Assembly: GCA_051294375.1 (NCBI GenBank)
Contig: CM119269.1
Coordinates: forward strand, 23,293,497 to 23,357,496
DNA: 64,000 nucleotides
Direction: 5' to 3'
From: Paraspadella gotoi
Taxonomy: Eukaryota; Animalia; Chaetognatha
Under the pieces are notes generated by a model. It was not told the origin of the DNA. It made no database searches and was given only the letters and a program-made list of their open reading frames with translations. Made by a program: the position numbers and the translations under genes. Positions within the stretch are counted from its first letter, which is position 1, and every line of letters starts with the position of its first letter. Shown here in pieces: positions 32,912 to 47,459 of this stretch.

Positions 32912-33520
32912 GGCTCTATTTTCCGAAAGCGCCCCATTTTTGTTCCTAATCTTTGAACTTTATTTTAACCTTAAAATCTAACCCTAATCTCTTTCCTATT
33001 TAATCCAATCCCTAACGCTAATCCCTTTAACCTAATCCCTTTTATCCCTTAATCCCTAATCATTAACCTTATCTCTTAACCCTGAACCCTAAACCCTAAT
33101 CCCTAACCAAATCCCAAACCCTAACTCCCTAACCCTGATCTTTATCCCTAACACTGCACTAAATCTTTTTCCTTAGGAGTAGCTCCTTTGGGTTGCTCCT
33201 AGGCAAGTTTCCTCACTGAGGAATCCTCAGGGATACTCTAAATATTTTTAAAAATCATTCCCCCATGGGTAAACTGCCCCAGTGGGCGGCCCATTTTATC
33301 CCTCAGGGGAAGCCTTTTTGAGCGACGTTATATCTTACCTTCATAAACAGTTTGTAATATTTATAATATCCTTGACGATTTTGGGGCACGTCCAAAATCA
33401 ACTCCTGACCATAGGATGTAAATTTTCGTTTTCCATTTTCTAAGAGGAAATTTCCCCGAGGGTTAGCCTCGTTTGTTCCATAAAATTGAACCCAGTAAGG
33501 GGCGCTCCGGAAGTAATACG
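32912..33520. mobile_element. Telomere-like-repeat MITE (long variant)
   Basis: GGCTCTATTTTCCGAAAGCGCCCC ... GGGGCGCTCCGGAAGTAA; CCCTAA-rich interior. Confidence 0.6.
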
Positions 33521-34274
33521 GATTCGTTGAGGCCTTGAGAGCTATCTTCGTAATCTTCATTTTCTTTTGTAATTTTATCCAAATTAACTGAATAGCGAGA
33601 AAAAGAAAAAAAAGATTAATTTAAAGTGAGTAATTAAGTGGTTAACAAAGAATGAAGCTTTGGATTGTAAACAGTCGGGTTTAACTAAGTTCAAAAATAT
33701 AAGTCGTAAGGATTCGAAATGGCATTTTTCCTCGTTGTAGAGTCAAGCGGGCTTTTGCAACCTCAACATTAAAAATTATAAGCGAAATTTAAGAATTTAA
33801 ACTTAAACTTTTAGTTTGTTTTTTTTAATGGAGAATCATCCGAAAACTTCGCTCATTAATGTGAAAAAATAATGGATACTTCAATTTTTGAATAATAATT
33901 TCAGATTTTATTAAGTGAATGAAACTTTTATAGCATTTAGAAAACTATTTATTTGTGAGCGTACTCTCTTGACACACTATTACTTATTGCTATTAATTAA
34001 TTAAAAATTGATATTATAAAGTATATAAATGAAAAATCTTTTAATTTTGTTTAAGTGGTTGAATATCAGAGTGGTTAGCATTCCGACGTATGAATTTAAA
34101 TGTTAATATCCTAATGTCCCAAAATTGTTCATCGCGCCCTTGCTAACAGAGGCAGCCACACACATCCTTACTTTTCGTTAAACAGATTTTCTGTTAATCT
34201 TAAATGTAGTTATAAACTTGCCATCTCAGAAATTTTACTGTATAAAATTAGTTTTGCTACAAGCCTTATTGTGA

Positions 34275-34450
34275 AATTGGTATAACCAATAAAAGAATTT
34301 AGCAAATAAATTATAAAGCTATCCTGCCCCTTGGACATAATATCTCTCTAATAAGATAACGACATAGCAGGTCCCTGCAAACTTTTAATCAAGACTCTCT
34401 CAGTCTCATTTATTCACTCTCAGAGTACCTGGCTTCCCTATCAATGAAGA
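34275..34450 (+). mobile_element. Unclassified interspersed repeat (TTGGTACAACCAAT.../GACATAGCAGGTCC.../AGAGTACCTGGCTTCCCTAT family)
   Basis: Fragments also at about 23360, 29800-29915, 37810-37945, 48150-48262, 54815-55030, 60370-60590, 61555-61840. Confidence 0.65.
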
Positions 34451-34770
34451 AAGTGGTAAAATGTTTCAAAGAATGTTTCAATTTTATAAAAGGACCACTC
34501 CCGTAAGTATTAAATGTTTCAAAGAATGTTTCAATTGTATAAAAGGACAACTCCCGTAAGTAATAAATCGGGGAAAACTATAACGCACTCAGCAGTCAGC
34601 ACAAGCATCTATGATCAATTACCTGTTCTTTATCAGTACGAGGGCTCTCCCAAGGGAGACCACGGTCCTTATTGAGGTTCTGAACAGCGTAACTGCTGTA
34701 TTCGTGACTGCCGACAAGCCAGTATTCTTTAGTGTCAACTAGACGGCATTCTGATAAAATAAAATTGATA

Positions 34771-36038
34771 TTTTAGCCGGATCTGCTACCAGCAATTCAC
34801 TTTGTCGGTCCGTAGGTCCGCCCCCCCCCAATCTTGTCGGGCATTCACTTATATCATGTCAGAACATCGAATTATGATAAATTATGCAAAAAAATGATGT
34901 CCGTCCGTCAGTCTGTCCGTCCGTCCTACCTTTGCAAAAAATACCAATTACTCGTGATTTGATGAATGGATTGGAATGAAATTTTGTATGTGGGTAGGAA
35001 AGTATGTGATTGAGCTGGAAATCGAGTTTCGCTGGAATCGTCCGAGGAGAAATGAGTTAAAATGGAAACCCCCCCCCCGTGGGTAGTAAGGCGTAGTGAA
35101 AGTTACGTATGGAAATTCTAAAGGTCAATTATGAACAACATACCATCAGTGAACATTAATTTGTAAAAAAAATTAATTTTATGTTTTTTAATTTTCGCAG
35201 TAGGCTATATTTATATATAGTACTATCCTTATAAAATCGAAAAATTTAAAAATAGGCTTTTCTTAATTTTGATTGCAGATTTGAATTCCTCGTCAAAAGT
35301 TGATAGAAGAAAATATAAATTATTTTTAAAAATTCTTTCATTAAGTTGGTTAAAAATTAAAAAAACTATAATTAATATATAAAAAGTTCATTTACGGCTT
35401 AAAATATAGTTTTTTTTAATTTTTGACCCACTTAATGAAAGAATTTTTTAAAAAGAGTTATATTTCTTTTTATCAACTTTTTATGACGAATCCAAATCTG
35501 CAAAAAAATCTTAGAAAAAACTGTTTTGAAATTTTAACATTTATTGGATTAGTACTAGTATAAATATGGCCTACTGCGTAAATTGTAAAATTTATTATAA
35601 ATTTTTTTTATACATAAATGTTCATTAGTATAATGTTGTTCGTTCCTCACTTTTAGAATTTTAATTAAAGTTAAATTTAGAAATTTTACTACGCCTTAGT
35701 GGGTAGGAAAGTGTGTGATTGATGGAATCGTCCAAGTGGAAATGAGTTAAAATGGAAAAAACAAACAATCTATTTCACTATTTGATTATGATTTTTAAAA
35801 TTTTTATATTAAATGTAAATTCAAGCTGTACTAATTAATTATTAATAAATAAGTAATTAATTAATTATTAATTATTTGTAATTAATTAATTAACTAATTT
35901 TGTGATCGAGATTATTGTTTTGTGATTGAAAGAGACAAAGTGGAAAACAATTTTGACACGAATTAAAAAATTTAATTAATTAATTAATTAATTAAGTAAT
36001 GATTGTTGGCAGATCCGGCATTGATGCTCAAACTTATT
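34771..36038 (+). mobile_element. DINE-1/HINE-like (Helentron-associated) element with nested MITE
   Basis: Subterminal inverted repeats GCCGGATCTGC...GCAGATCCGGC, (CCGT)n microsatellite, T-rich flanks; second copy at 38469-39932. Confidence 0.75.
35089..35696. mobile_element. TA-flanked MITE
   Basis: TA|AGGCGTAGTGAAA ... TTTTACTACGCCT|TA; close copy at 41130-41676. Confidence 0.85.
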
Positions 36039-36561
36039 AATAAAAGAAAGTGTGAGAACAGCGATATAAAAGATTAAAAGACAAGAATTAAGAATTTATT
36101 AACAATTAACGATTATTAACAATCTTAACTCTTTGCAAAACCTTTAGCTTCGGCGGCGAGAAAGTAGCAGGCGACGAAAGCTAATATAGCCAGGCGAGTC
36201 AGGCGGGCTTGGTCAGGCATTCCCATTTTGTCTGGTCTTTAATTTTTAAAGAAAACAACTTTAAAAATTTTAAAAAATAGTAGAGAAAACAATCGAAGTT
36301 AAAGGTGAGATTTAAAAAGTCAGCAAAAAGGAAATAGGAATTTGAAAAGGGACTCAATTTTTTATAGGGGCACTAAAGTTTTATTGTTTAATTTTTTGAA
36401 GAAAATTGTTTTAACGACATACATATATACTATTATTATTATTATTATATTAAGTTTAAGAAAATGTCGCGAAATCTCAACCATAATAAAATTTGAACTT
36501 TTAAATTAATAATAATTAATTAAGTAATTCGGAAATTTGACATTATGTAATATTAAAGAAG

Positions 36562-36785
36562 CAGAGATAGTAATGATTGTTATGAGTTAGTGACAGAACT
36601 GTTCAATATAAGCAGTCCCCGAGCTTTGAATCAGGTTGTAACACCGTGTTACAACCCCGCCATCCCGCTTTACCGCTAGGCGACCACCGGGCTAGAACCG
36701 CGGACCTTTGGGTTGGGAGGCGAATGACATGCCTCCGGCAGCAATGGCCGCTGATGAACGGTTGGAAGATTTTATTCCACCATAG
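36562..36785 (-). mobile_element. tRNA-Gly-like interspersed repeat
   Basis: Homologous to 4582-4818. Confidence 0.75.
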
Positions 36786-37953
36786 AGTATTTATAATTAT
36801 TAATGCAATTCTGAATTTTAAAATGATACAAGAACAGAATAAGATTGTTGGAAACAAATAAACAAATATACAGTATATAGAGTATATACAATATTTATTT
36901 AAAATAATTATTTTTTAAAATTTAAAAAAGAGTTGATACTGTTACTACTTTCCAAACAAAAAAAATGAATTTTATAAAACTACGCATATTTATAGGTACT
37001 AAAAAATTCCAAAATAGTTAAGTTGATTAAAATCGTGCTTTTCGAAGATAGAATACTTCATATGATTCGCGGTAGCCAACCAAATTTAAATTTTATTGGG
37101 AACAGCATTAAACGAATCCATTATTAGTATTAGTTATTGTGTTAAAATATTTTTTTGAAAAAATGTTCCGAACCATGAGTAATTCGTTAATTAAAATTAT
37201 TATATTGCTATAAAATGTCAAAATTTTTTTTTATATTTTAAGTTTTTTTAATTGATTCTGATAGAGCTCAAAAAGTTAAACAAAAAATATAATTACAACT
37301 TTTTAAGATTTTGATGTTTTATTACTAAAAATTAGCAAAAACTATTAAAATTATCGGATGATGATGATGAAGATAATTTTTTAAAGTTTTTTCTAATTTT
37401 GACCCACTTATCATCAAATTATTGAAAAAAGAATTATACTTTGTGCAGACAATTTTTTATAAGCTATCTGAATCTGCTTTTAAGAATAAAAAATTTTAAA
37501 AAAATTTTTTGACATTTCTTATCTATAAATAAATATTAAAAAATTAATTACTAGTGCTTCTAGCCATTTTAGAAAATTTTGGTCCATTGAAAGCTTTCTC
37601 AGAAATGTATGAAGTTTCATTTGGGAAGGTTCCCAAATCAAACTTCTGACCCACCCCATTGACAAAGTTTGGCCCTAATATGATATTACAGAATAAACGC
37701 TCATATTTTCTAAAAGCATCTCATTTTAACTTAAATTTACAATTATATGAGTTTTTTAGTTTAAAATTGAGGTTAAGGGTAAGCTTTATATAAGTCTTTT
37801 CATACAATTAAAACATTCTTTGAAATATTATACCACTTCATTAATAGGGAAGCCAGGTACTCTGGGAGTGAATAAACAAGACTGAGAGAGAAGCTTAATT
37901 TAAAGCTTACAGGAACCTGCTATGTAATTATCTTTTAAGAGTGATGTAGGCCT

Positions 37954-38156
37954 TATGGTGGACTAAAATCCACCAACCGTTCATCAGCGGCCATTGGTCC
38001 GGGTCCGGGGTTCTCGCCCGGTGGCCGCCTAGCAGTTTAGAGGAACAGGTCGCTTAACCCGCCTGTAACACGGTGTTACAGCCTGATCCCAAAGCTCAGG
38101 ACTGCTTATATTGAACGGTTCTGTTATTAATACATAATAATAATTACTGTCTCTTC
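37954..38156 (+). mobile_element. tRNA-Gly-like interspersed repeat with internal deletion
   Basis: Reverse complement of 4582-4818, lacking the D/anticodon part. Confidence 0.75.
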
Positions 38157-38366
38157 TCAAAAAAAAGTTTAATAGTTATGGATAAAAGCATTTTACTTTG
38201 TTATTTAAAAAGAAAATAGTATAGAAAAACATCGATTTGGGATACAGTGCTAATTTATTTTAGACCATGCATTCAAACCATTTAGCTGGTTCATTATTCA
38301 AGCCAGAGAAATTGTGGTGAGGTAAAAAATTATTTACAAATAAAGAAGGTGAGAGGAAGAGACTCT

Positions 38367-38397
<31 letters not shown>

Positions 38398-38468
38398 TAG
38401 AGAGAGAGAGAGAAACTTTCAACCAAAAAGGGATTAATCCTCATTTAGCACTGATATCCAAATCGATG

Positions 38469-39932
38469 TTTTAGTCGGATCTGCTTATCAGCAGATCCCG
38501 ACTCTATAATTCACTTTGTCGGTCCGTCGGTCCGCCCCCTCAATATTGTCGGGCACAACTTATATCATGTCAGAACATCGAATATGATAAATTAAGCAAA
38601 AAAATGATGTCCGTCCGTCCGTCCCGTCCGTCCATCCTCCGTCCGTCCTCCGTCCGTCCGTCCGTCCGTCGTCCGTCCGTCCGTCCGTCCGTCCCACCTT
38701 AGCAAAAAACACCAATTACTCGTGATTGGATGGATGGATTTGAATAAAATTTTGTGTGTGGATAGTAAGTGTGTGATTGAGCTGGATATGAAGTTTCGAT
38801 AGAACGTCCAAGTGGAAAGTGAGTTTAAATGAAAAAAAAAAAAAATATATTCACTATTTGAACACCAATTGCTCATGAGTGGATGGGCTGATTGACCTGG
38901 AATTTTTGTATGTGGGTAGGAAAGTGTGTGATTGAACAGGAATTAAGTTTCGATGGAATAGTTTGAGTGGAAATGAGTTTAAATGGAAAAAAACAAAAAA
39001 ATTGTTTTACTAATTGATTATGCTTCTTTTTCCTTTTATATTAAATGTATATGCAGGATGTATTAATAAATCAAATAATTAATCAGTTAATTAATCAATT
39101 AGTAAATAAATTAATCAATAATTAATTAATTAGTCAATCAATTCGTCCATCTGTCCCACCTTAGCAAAAAGCTCCAATAACTCGTGATTGGAATTAAATT
39201 TTTGTGTGTGGGTAGGAAAGTGTGTGATAAAGCTGGATATAATGTTTCGATGGAATCGTGTGAGTGGAATAGTTTAAATGGAAAAAACATAAGTCGCATT
39301 TACTAAAATCTTTTTACTTATTTTAACCAATAAAAACTCTATTAATCATAATTGGATGGATAGACTGAGTTGAAATTTTGTGTGTGGTAGGATAATGTGT
39401 GACGAAGCTTGATATAAAGTTCGTGGAAACGTACCAGTGGAAATGAGTTTAATCAAAAAAATATGAGTTACATTACTTGAATCTTTTTATTTATTTTAAC
39501 CCATGATAGATTGAGATGAAATTTTGTGAGCCGGTAGGAAAGTGAGTGAAGAAGCTAGATATAAAGTTTTGACGGAATGCAAGTTGAAAAATGATACAAG
39601 TTAAAAAAATCTTAAAAGCATAAGGATCGTCGTAATTGCATAAAAGAGAGAGAGAGAGGAGAGAGACAAAGAGAGAGTGAGAGAGAGAGAGAGAGTGAGA
39701 GAGAGAGAGAGAGAGAAGAGAAGGAGACATAAATAAAATAAAGGATATTTGTTTGTTTTGATAAAATGTAAACAAAACATTTAATAACTCTCCTGACTCA
39801 ATGACATCGATGATGACAAGCGATATAAATTATAATTAAATATTAAAATTAATATTAATTAATCTAAATTAATTAATTAATTAATTAATTAATTATCGTA
39901 GGCAGATCCGACATTGTTTGCTCAAACTTGTT
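38469..39932 (+). mobile_element. DINE-1/HINE-like element with internal repeats
   Basis: GTCGGATCTGCT-TATC-AGCAGATCCCGAC 5' hairpin, long (CCGT)n, about 5 internal ~110 bp repeats, 3' GGCAGATCCGAC...GCTCAAACTTGTTTT. Confidence 0.8.
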
Positions 39933-40362
39933 TTTTTTTCTCTCTCTTTCTCTCGCATTGTCTCATTGAAGAAGGCTAACTTTCGCATAAAAAAGTAAAG
40001 AAATTTCCCTCTTTAAAATAACGGAACAGAAAATTTAATTATAAAAAGTTAATTAAATATTTTTTGTTACTTAGTTTTATCATTATAATGATAGTTGGGA
40101 AATAACCGATTTTAACGGTTAACCGGTCAAATTTTAGCTTTTAACCATTAATTATTTTTTTTAAATTAACCGTTTTTTGACGCCTAGTTAGTACAACGTT
40201 GTTCATTCCGCACTTTTAGAATTTTGATTTAAGTTAAATTTAATGTTTTTACTGTTAAGGTTCCAGTACCTGTCCTCTCCATGTTAGTGGGACTTGTCGT
40301 CGCTTTAATAGAAAGTTATGTAGTATTAAACTCAAACACTAATTAAACAAATGAGAGAAAGA

Positions 40363-40399
<37 letters not shown>

Positions 40400-41129
40400 G
40401 GGCCACTCCCCTTTACTTCCGCCAGAATTTGCATTGCGAATTTGGAGTCAACGATTTTCTGTTTCTAAGTTAAGAAGTGGGAGGAACAGATGGGCGGTCT
40501 CTTTGTGGGAAGGGGGGAACAGATGGGCGGGTCTTTTGGGGTGATGGAGGGGGGGAAGCGGTTGAAAGGTCAGGTCAATGGGGGGTTGGGAGTTAGGGGG
40601 AAGACTTAAAGGGAAAAGGGGTAAAAAGTAAAAAGGTTAAAACGTGGAAAACTGGGCAGCAAAGACGGGCAGGTTAAAAACTAGAAGATGTCCGATATCA
40701 TATGTCTTATTAGACATCATAATGATAATAAATGTTATAATATCTATTGCAGGAGGCTAATTTTTATTATTTATTTACTGTAAAATGTAAGTTTAAATTT
40801 AAGTTGTTACTACTAGGAAAAACGTACATCACATTTTTAATAAACGATATCTACTCGAAAACATATTTGATTTAAAAAAATAAGAATGTTTCTAAATCTA
40901 TATGAAATTTTTTTTAGTCGCTTCCTTGCATTTTTTTGTAGGTCAAATCTTCTAGAAGTTAGAAGCAAAAATGTCGAAAAAAATCATTTTTAGTTTTCGA
41001 TCCATTTTTAGTATTTAGATATTTGTTTTATTTCAAATAGAGTTAGTTAATTTTCAATTTTTTTATATTTGGTAATGCTAAAGGCCTTGCACCTTGTTGA
41101 CGCGATCCGGAAAGCGTAAGCGAACACTA

Positions 41130-41676
41130 AGGCGTAGTGAAAGTTACATACGAAAATTCTAAAAGTCAATTTTAATTTTTTTAATTTTCGCAGATGGCTA
41201 TATTTATATATAGTACTATCCTTATAAATCAAAAAATTTCAAAATAAGCTTTTCTTAATTTTGATTGCAGAATTGAATTCCTCGTCAAAAGTTGATAAAA
41301 GAAAATATAAATCATTTTTAAAAATTCTTTCATTAAGTGGGTTCAAAATTAAAAAAACTATATTTAATATATAAAAAGTTAATTTCAGCTTAAAATATAG
41401 CTTTTTCTAATTTTTGACCCACTTAATAAAGGAATTTTTCAAAAAGAGTTATATTCTTTTTACCAACTTTTACTACAACACACAAAAACTTAGAAAAAAC
41501 GGTTTTGAAATTTTAACATATTAGGTTTAGTACTAGTAAAAATATAGCCTACTGCATAAATTGTAAAATTTATTATAAATTTTTTGATTACATAAATGTT
41601 CATTAATATAATGTGTGTTCGTTCCTCACTTTTAGAATTTTTATTAAAGTTAAATTTAGAAATTTTTACTACGCCT
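41130..41676. mobile_element. TA-flanked MITE
   Basis: Same terminal inverted repeats and interior as 35089-35696. Confidence 0.85.
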
Positions 41677-42464
41677 TAGAAACACTGGAAGCGGCCGATT
41701 TTTGAAGAACCGAAACCGTGAGCGATAGAAAAATTGAGAAATAAAGGATTGAACCCGGAAGCTATAATAACCATGCGTGTTCGCTTCCTGGTCATTTGTT
41801 TTTATTGGTTAGAAATGAAAGGTTATTTAATGTATTAAAATCTTTGCAACCCGCTGCTCTTTCTTGATTTTTCTTTTTTAAATTTTTTTTAAAATTTATT
41901 TTCAACATTTAAATTTGTTTGCTCTTAATTTTTTTATTCACTTTTTCTCATTCTTTTATTTTTTGGTTTTCTTTCGTTCTCTCTTCCTCTTTGGTTGAGA
42001 ATCTATGAATAAAATTACATATTTTTTTAAAATTTATTCTTTTTAATATATTAAAATAAAATCAAAGCTGAACAAAAAAATTTGATGTCTGAAAAAAACT
42101 GTAATTATAAATTAAATTAAAATATAAATTAAACTTTTTTTGTTCTATAAAACTAAAAATTTTATTTCTTATATTTATGTTGTTTTTCTTTAAATTTAAA
42201 AGTCTACTTTTTTTAAAATCCATAAGGTTTTTCAAGTTAAAAACAAGTTTGAACAAAAATGATTGATCTGTTTTATTGGCAATATTGCATAATATTATTC
42301 TTATACATACTTATTAAAGCGTAGCAAAAATATAAAAATCAAGCGGAATCAAAATTCGAATAGTTGATCACGAACAGGCTTGTACCTGTGAACATTTTTA
42401 AATAAAAAAAAATATTTTTCAATTTTTGCATACGCCCATATTTATACATAGAAAAAGTCTAAAT

Positions 42465-42580
42465 TATGGTGGACTAAAATCCATCAACCGTTCATCAGCG
42501 GCCATTGGTGCCGGAGGCAAGTCATTCGCCTCCCAACCCAAAGGTCCGGGGTTCTAGCCCGGTGGTCGCCTGGCAGTTAA
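42465..42580 (+). mobile_element. tRNA-Gly-like repeat, 3'-truncated, best-preserved tRNA-like head
   Basis: GCGGCCA...TGGTCGC acceptor stem, TCGCCTCCCA anticodon arm (CCC), GGTTCTAGCCC B-box-like. Confidence 0.7.
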
Positions 42581-43586
42581 GAGAGAGAGAGCGAGAGAGA
42601 GAGTCAGCAACCTGCTTCCCTCGCAATGGCTAAACATAGTGGCCAACTCGGGTTGACCCCGTGGTGACGAAACCTTCGTCGCCACAATGGTATGGAGGAT
42701 AAGTCAGTATGGAGGTTAAAATATCACTTGGCCTTACAGTCAAATTTTATGCAATCAAGTTCAAAACAAATATCTGTTACGACGATGATGACGATGACGA
42801 CAGAGACTATAACAATAAGTCGCCGACACAATTTATTTAACAAAGTACTATTTTGATTTGAATACAACAATTGAAGAGGGATAGACAGAAAAATAAACAT
42901 AGAGACTTTATTTGTGCGTATAATTAATTATTTTTGCTTCCTTGTCTAAAAAAAGCTTAGCGTTTTTTTTATATTTGATATTCAACATTAAATCTAGATT
43001 GAATTGAAATCCTCCCCTTGTGAATAACATTGTCCAAAATTTTTCTGAAGCCGATTTATTTACTTAACATTGATTATGAATTTTGAAGAATTTCTTTTAT
43101 TATGTTTCATTTATTTTTAAATAAAATTATACGCTGAGTTTGCAGCAATATAATTTTGGGACAAGTGTAAGTTGATTTTTTAGGATTTAACAAAACAAAA
43201 TTGAAATTAAAAGAGATGAAACTAAAAGAGATTTAATTTTTTTAATCTCATTTAGATATTGTAGTATTGAACCTAATAGAGTTGATTTTCATTTTCATAA
43301 TTTTTTTTTCGGTTTTTCAATAGTCAATGTTAATGATTAAGAGGAATTATAGTAATTAATTAATTATTTGATATAGAGTTATATATGTGGGTTAATATGG
43401 AACCCAATTCTCCCCTATAAAATATGTACAACTAATAATTTGTCCAGGTTTTTTTCAAAAATCACCAAATGATTTGAAAAAGACTTTTGTTTACGAGTTT
43501 CATTGTTTCCTCCTTACAATCTTTCGCGCTGTGTGACAGCAAAGAGACAGAGACATTAGATTTTGAGATAAAACCTAACAAAAGCG

Positions 43587-43891
43587 GGCTCCATTTACTA
43601 AAAGCGCCCCATTTTAAAATACATATCTATAAATATTAATTTGTTATCAAACCTATAATTTAACTTTTTTATTTTAATTTTAAACTTTTATCATTAACCA
43701 TTACCCTAATCCTTAAAATTTATTCTTAAACCCTAAACCTAAATTTTAATATTAATCCCTCACCCTAATCACTAACCATAATTTATAACTATAATCCATA
43801 ACCAATTCCTTAACACTAACCTTTAATCTAATCTTAAATTAACTTAATTCTGAAATTAAGATGAAAAGGGGCGAGCTGGAAAAATAGGGCC
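43587..43891. mobile_element. Telomere-like-repeat MITE
   Basis: GGCTCCATTTACTAAAAGCGCCCC ... GGGGCGAGCTGGAAAAATAGGGCC. Confidence 0.7.
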
Positions 43892-46294
43892 AAAAAGCAA
43901 ATGAAATAAAAACTAAATAAAATAAACAAAAATCTCACTGAACAAAAGAAAAAAGAAAATTCTGGTTGACAGAATAAAAATTTAACAGAGAAAAATCTTT
44001 TTTTTCACTACTAAAAGGGAGAAGGAGAAAGAGCTTCCCTTTGTTGTGTTGGAGACAATTATAATTGAATTGAAGAGTCAACTACATAATTATGGGTTGG
44101 CAACCATTACAATGGTTTCACTGTCTTTTTATAGATATTTTTATTCAATTCAAATTTATGTTTTGTTTTGAAATAATTAATATTTAGTTTTTGGTTTTAT
44201 CAACTAAATGTTTGAAATAGAGAAAAACTGAAAAACAAAATAAGGAGAAAAAGATAAAAACAAAAATTAGCTTATTTTTCAAGTTTTTGCATCTATTGAC
44301 AATTGAAATAACTTTTTAGCTGTGAATAAACAATAATTAAAATTAAGTTAATTAATTTAATATTAATAAAAAAATAGTTAATTTAATTAACTAATTTAAT
44401 TAATTTAGTTAATTAATATTATAGGTTATATCATATATTATAGTTTTTTACTGATACCGTTACCGATACCGTTCCACTTTTTTTACGCTGTTTTTCATAC
44501 TGTTACTGTTTTTGTATTAAAAAAAGTAGTTTAGGTTATGTTAGTTTTATAGTAGTTTTTTATTAGTTTTTAGTAGTAGTTTTTTATTGTTTCTGGTTTT
44601 GACATCTCATCCTTGAACGTTCTTGAACATTATATTGTATAGTTTCTTATAAATGAGTTCATAACATTTTATTCATGATTCTTTTTTAAACGTTAGTGAC
44701 TTTTGTTTTTGTTTAATTTTAATAGTTTAATTTTTACTTGTTTACCGTTTTATAGTCGTTTACACTGAAACTGTTTTTGATTTTGTCAATACTGTTTTTG
44801 GTATTAATAAAAAAATATAAGTTATGGAAAGACAATTTTAAATGAATAGAGATACTTTTTTTCTGAAAAGATTCCAGTTATAATTACAGAGTGTCACTTT
44901 ACGAACGCTGTGTCAAATTGGTTAAGTAAATGATTAATTTTAAAAAAACTACCGGAAAGATGAGTTCATACAGTTTTTTTTTGTATCTGTTTTATCTGTT
45001 TTATCTGGTTTTTTTGTATCTGTTTTATCTGTTTTATCTGTTTTTTTGTATCTGTTTTATTTGTATTTTTATTGACGCAATGTAAAGTTCAAATGAGGGA
45101 GCATTTTTAGTTTAAAAATTGACCAAAAAATTTAGGTGAGGTTAAGTTTTTAAAGTTGTCCTGCTTTTGGTAAAAAAAAATATTCAGGTTACATTACTGT
45201 AGGCCACTATCTTTATTGAGCCCTTGCCTAAGATTTTTGTACATCAAAAATAATTGATGATGATGATAATTGCTTTCATGGGTGACCATTAAGTTTACCT
45301 TCAAGAGACTGTGAAATGCTAAAAATTCAGTATGCTAAGATTCAGAATATAATGTTAGATGCATATAGTACATTTTACTACTAAAACTATTTTCCAGATT
45401 AAAACCCATCAAATACTCTTAAATTCGGAAGGAATATGGTGAAACTCAGTCAGGAAAGGCCTGTGACCATCATTATACTATGGGGACATATTATTATGTA
45501 ACCAAGTAGCTTAAAAAAATCCTTTGGGTATTTAAAAAGATCTAAATCATTCAAAATTGATAAAAGTAATTTCCGACTTTTATTTTGAGTGCTGATAAAA
45601 TGTGATATAATCGTTTAATCGAATATAGACATATAAAACTGTAACAACTTCTGGATCCAACGAGTACAGTAAATGCTTTTTTATAATCGTACTAAGTCAC
45701 TGTATTCATTTGTAAAGTGACAGTACGCTTGAAACACTCTGTAGTTCTTTATATACTAATCATAGCAAGAAAAGAAAAGTACTAAAGAAAGTATCACAGT
45801 GTAATAGACTCGCCCAGACGCTCCTTATAAAAGAACCTCACCTGCCAAGAGACAATAGATGGACTTTCTAGAAATCAGCTTGTCACCCATCACGCCTTCT
45901 CGAAGTTGGGGCGGGGGCATGTCAACCGGATTTAACCGGAGTGAGGACCAATCAGAATTCGACTTGAAAAACTAATCAGCCAATCAGAGTTGAGTATTTC
46001 TTGACTTTCCAAAAATCTTCCACTCGATCCATTAAGACTTTTTCTATTTAAATGAAGTTTGACAAAATTTCGGCAAACATTTTTTCCAGTTTCCTCTCTC
46101 TCTCTCTGTCTCTATCTCGGTCTCTATCTGTGAGTTTTCTAACATAATGTCAATTCTGACATTTTTTCAATAAAAAATTTTTTCTCAGTGCAGTCGTTCT
46201 AAGTAATTTGTACTCGTTTTTAAATTTTGATATGGATTTAAAAATTTACACTTTAAGATTATTTAAAAAGTAATAATGCAATGTATAGCGACTA

Positions 46295-46391
<97 letters not shown>

Positions 46392-47459
46392 TCTCTCTCT
46401 CTCCCGGATATCAGCGCACGTTCTCCTCGCGTCAAAACTTGCGTCTTTTTTTTCGCCGGTAAATCGTCGTCATCTTCATCCTCGTCGTCGTCGTCGTCGA
46501 CTACTTCATCGTCATCGTCTTCTTCATCTTCATCGTCGTTGTCGTCGCCGTCGTCTTTTTTAACGTCATCGTCGTCGTTGTCGTCATAATTTTCGTCGTC
46601 GTCGTCTTCACCAAAGATAAACATTATTCCTTTTTTTATCTTTTCTTTTCTTTTTTTCTCTTTTCTTTCTTTTCTATCCACTATTTTCCTCTCTCTTCTC
46701 CTATATTTTTCCTCTCTATTCCATTTTATTCTTTCCTATCTTTTCTTCTCTTCCTCCTCCTCATCTTCCTCCTAATTAAATCCTCCTTTCCTCCTCCTCT
46801 TCCTTCTCCTCCTCCTCTTTATCCTCCTCTTCTTCCTCCTTCTTCTTCCTCTTTTTCTTCCTCCTACTCTTCCTCTTTCTTTTCTTTTCCTGCTCCTCTT
46901 CCTCCTCCTCTTCGTCCTCCTCCTCTTCTATCTCCTCCTCTTCCTCCTCCTCTTCCTCCTACCTTTCCTCTTCCTTCTCATCTTTCTCTTCTTCCTTCTC
47001 TTCCTCCTCATACCATTGAGATTCCAAGGCCTCAATTCTGTCCGTCCGTCCATCTGCAAAAATCTCACCGCAAAAGAAATTTGTTACCCAATTAATCTAA
47101 TAATTTCTGTTTATTAAGCTTATAATTTTGCATCACTTAATGTAGATAATTTTTAATGTTGCGTTTTATTACAGAATTTTTATTACAAACTTTTTTTCTG
47201 ACTTTCATTGTTTCAATTTTGATCTCTCATTCACTATCTTTTCATTTGCATTATCATTTCACTAAACCTATTTAGCCACATCTGAAGTCCAATATAAAAA
47301 ATACTTTCATTTATTTCTATACAAGTGTTAATATGTGACCAATTCATATTTATTCACAATCAACTAATACATTTTTTTTCTAATTTTTTTCTTATTTAAG
47401 CTGCATCGGTTATATTCTTTGGCCGAGCGGCTTTCACTCAGATATCGAAGCCCAAAAAA

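Noticed and set aside
44850-45830. Decayed transposase remnant
   Set aside because: No recognisable motif or sustained reading frame could be identified by eye.
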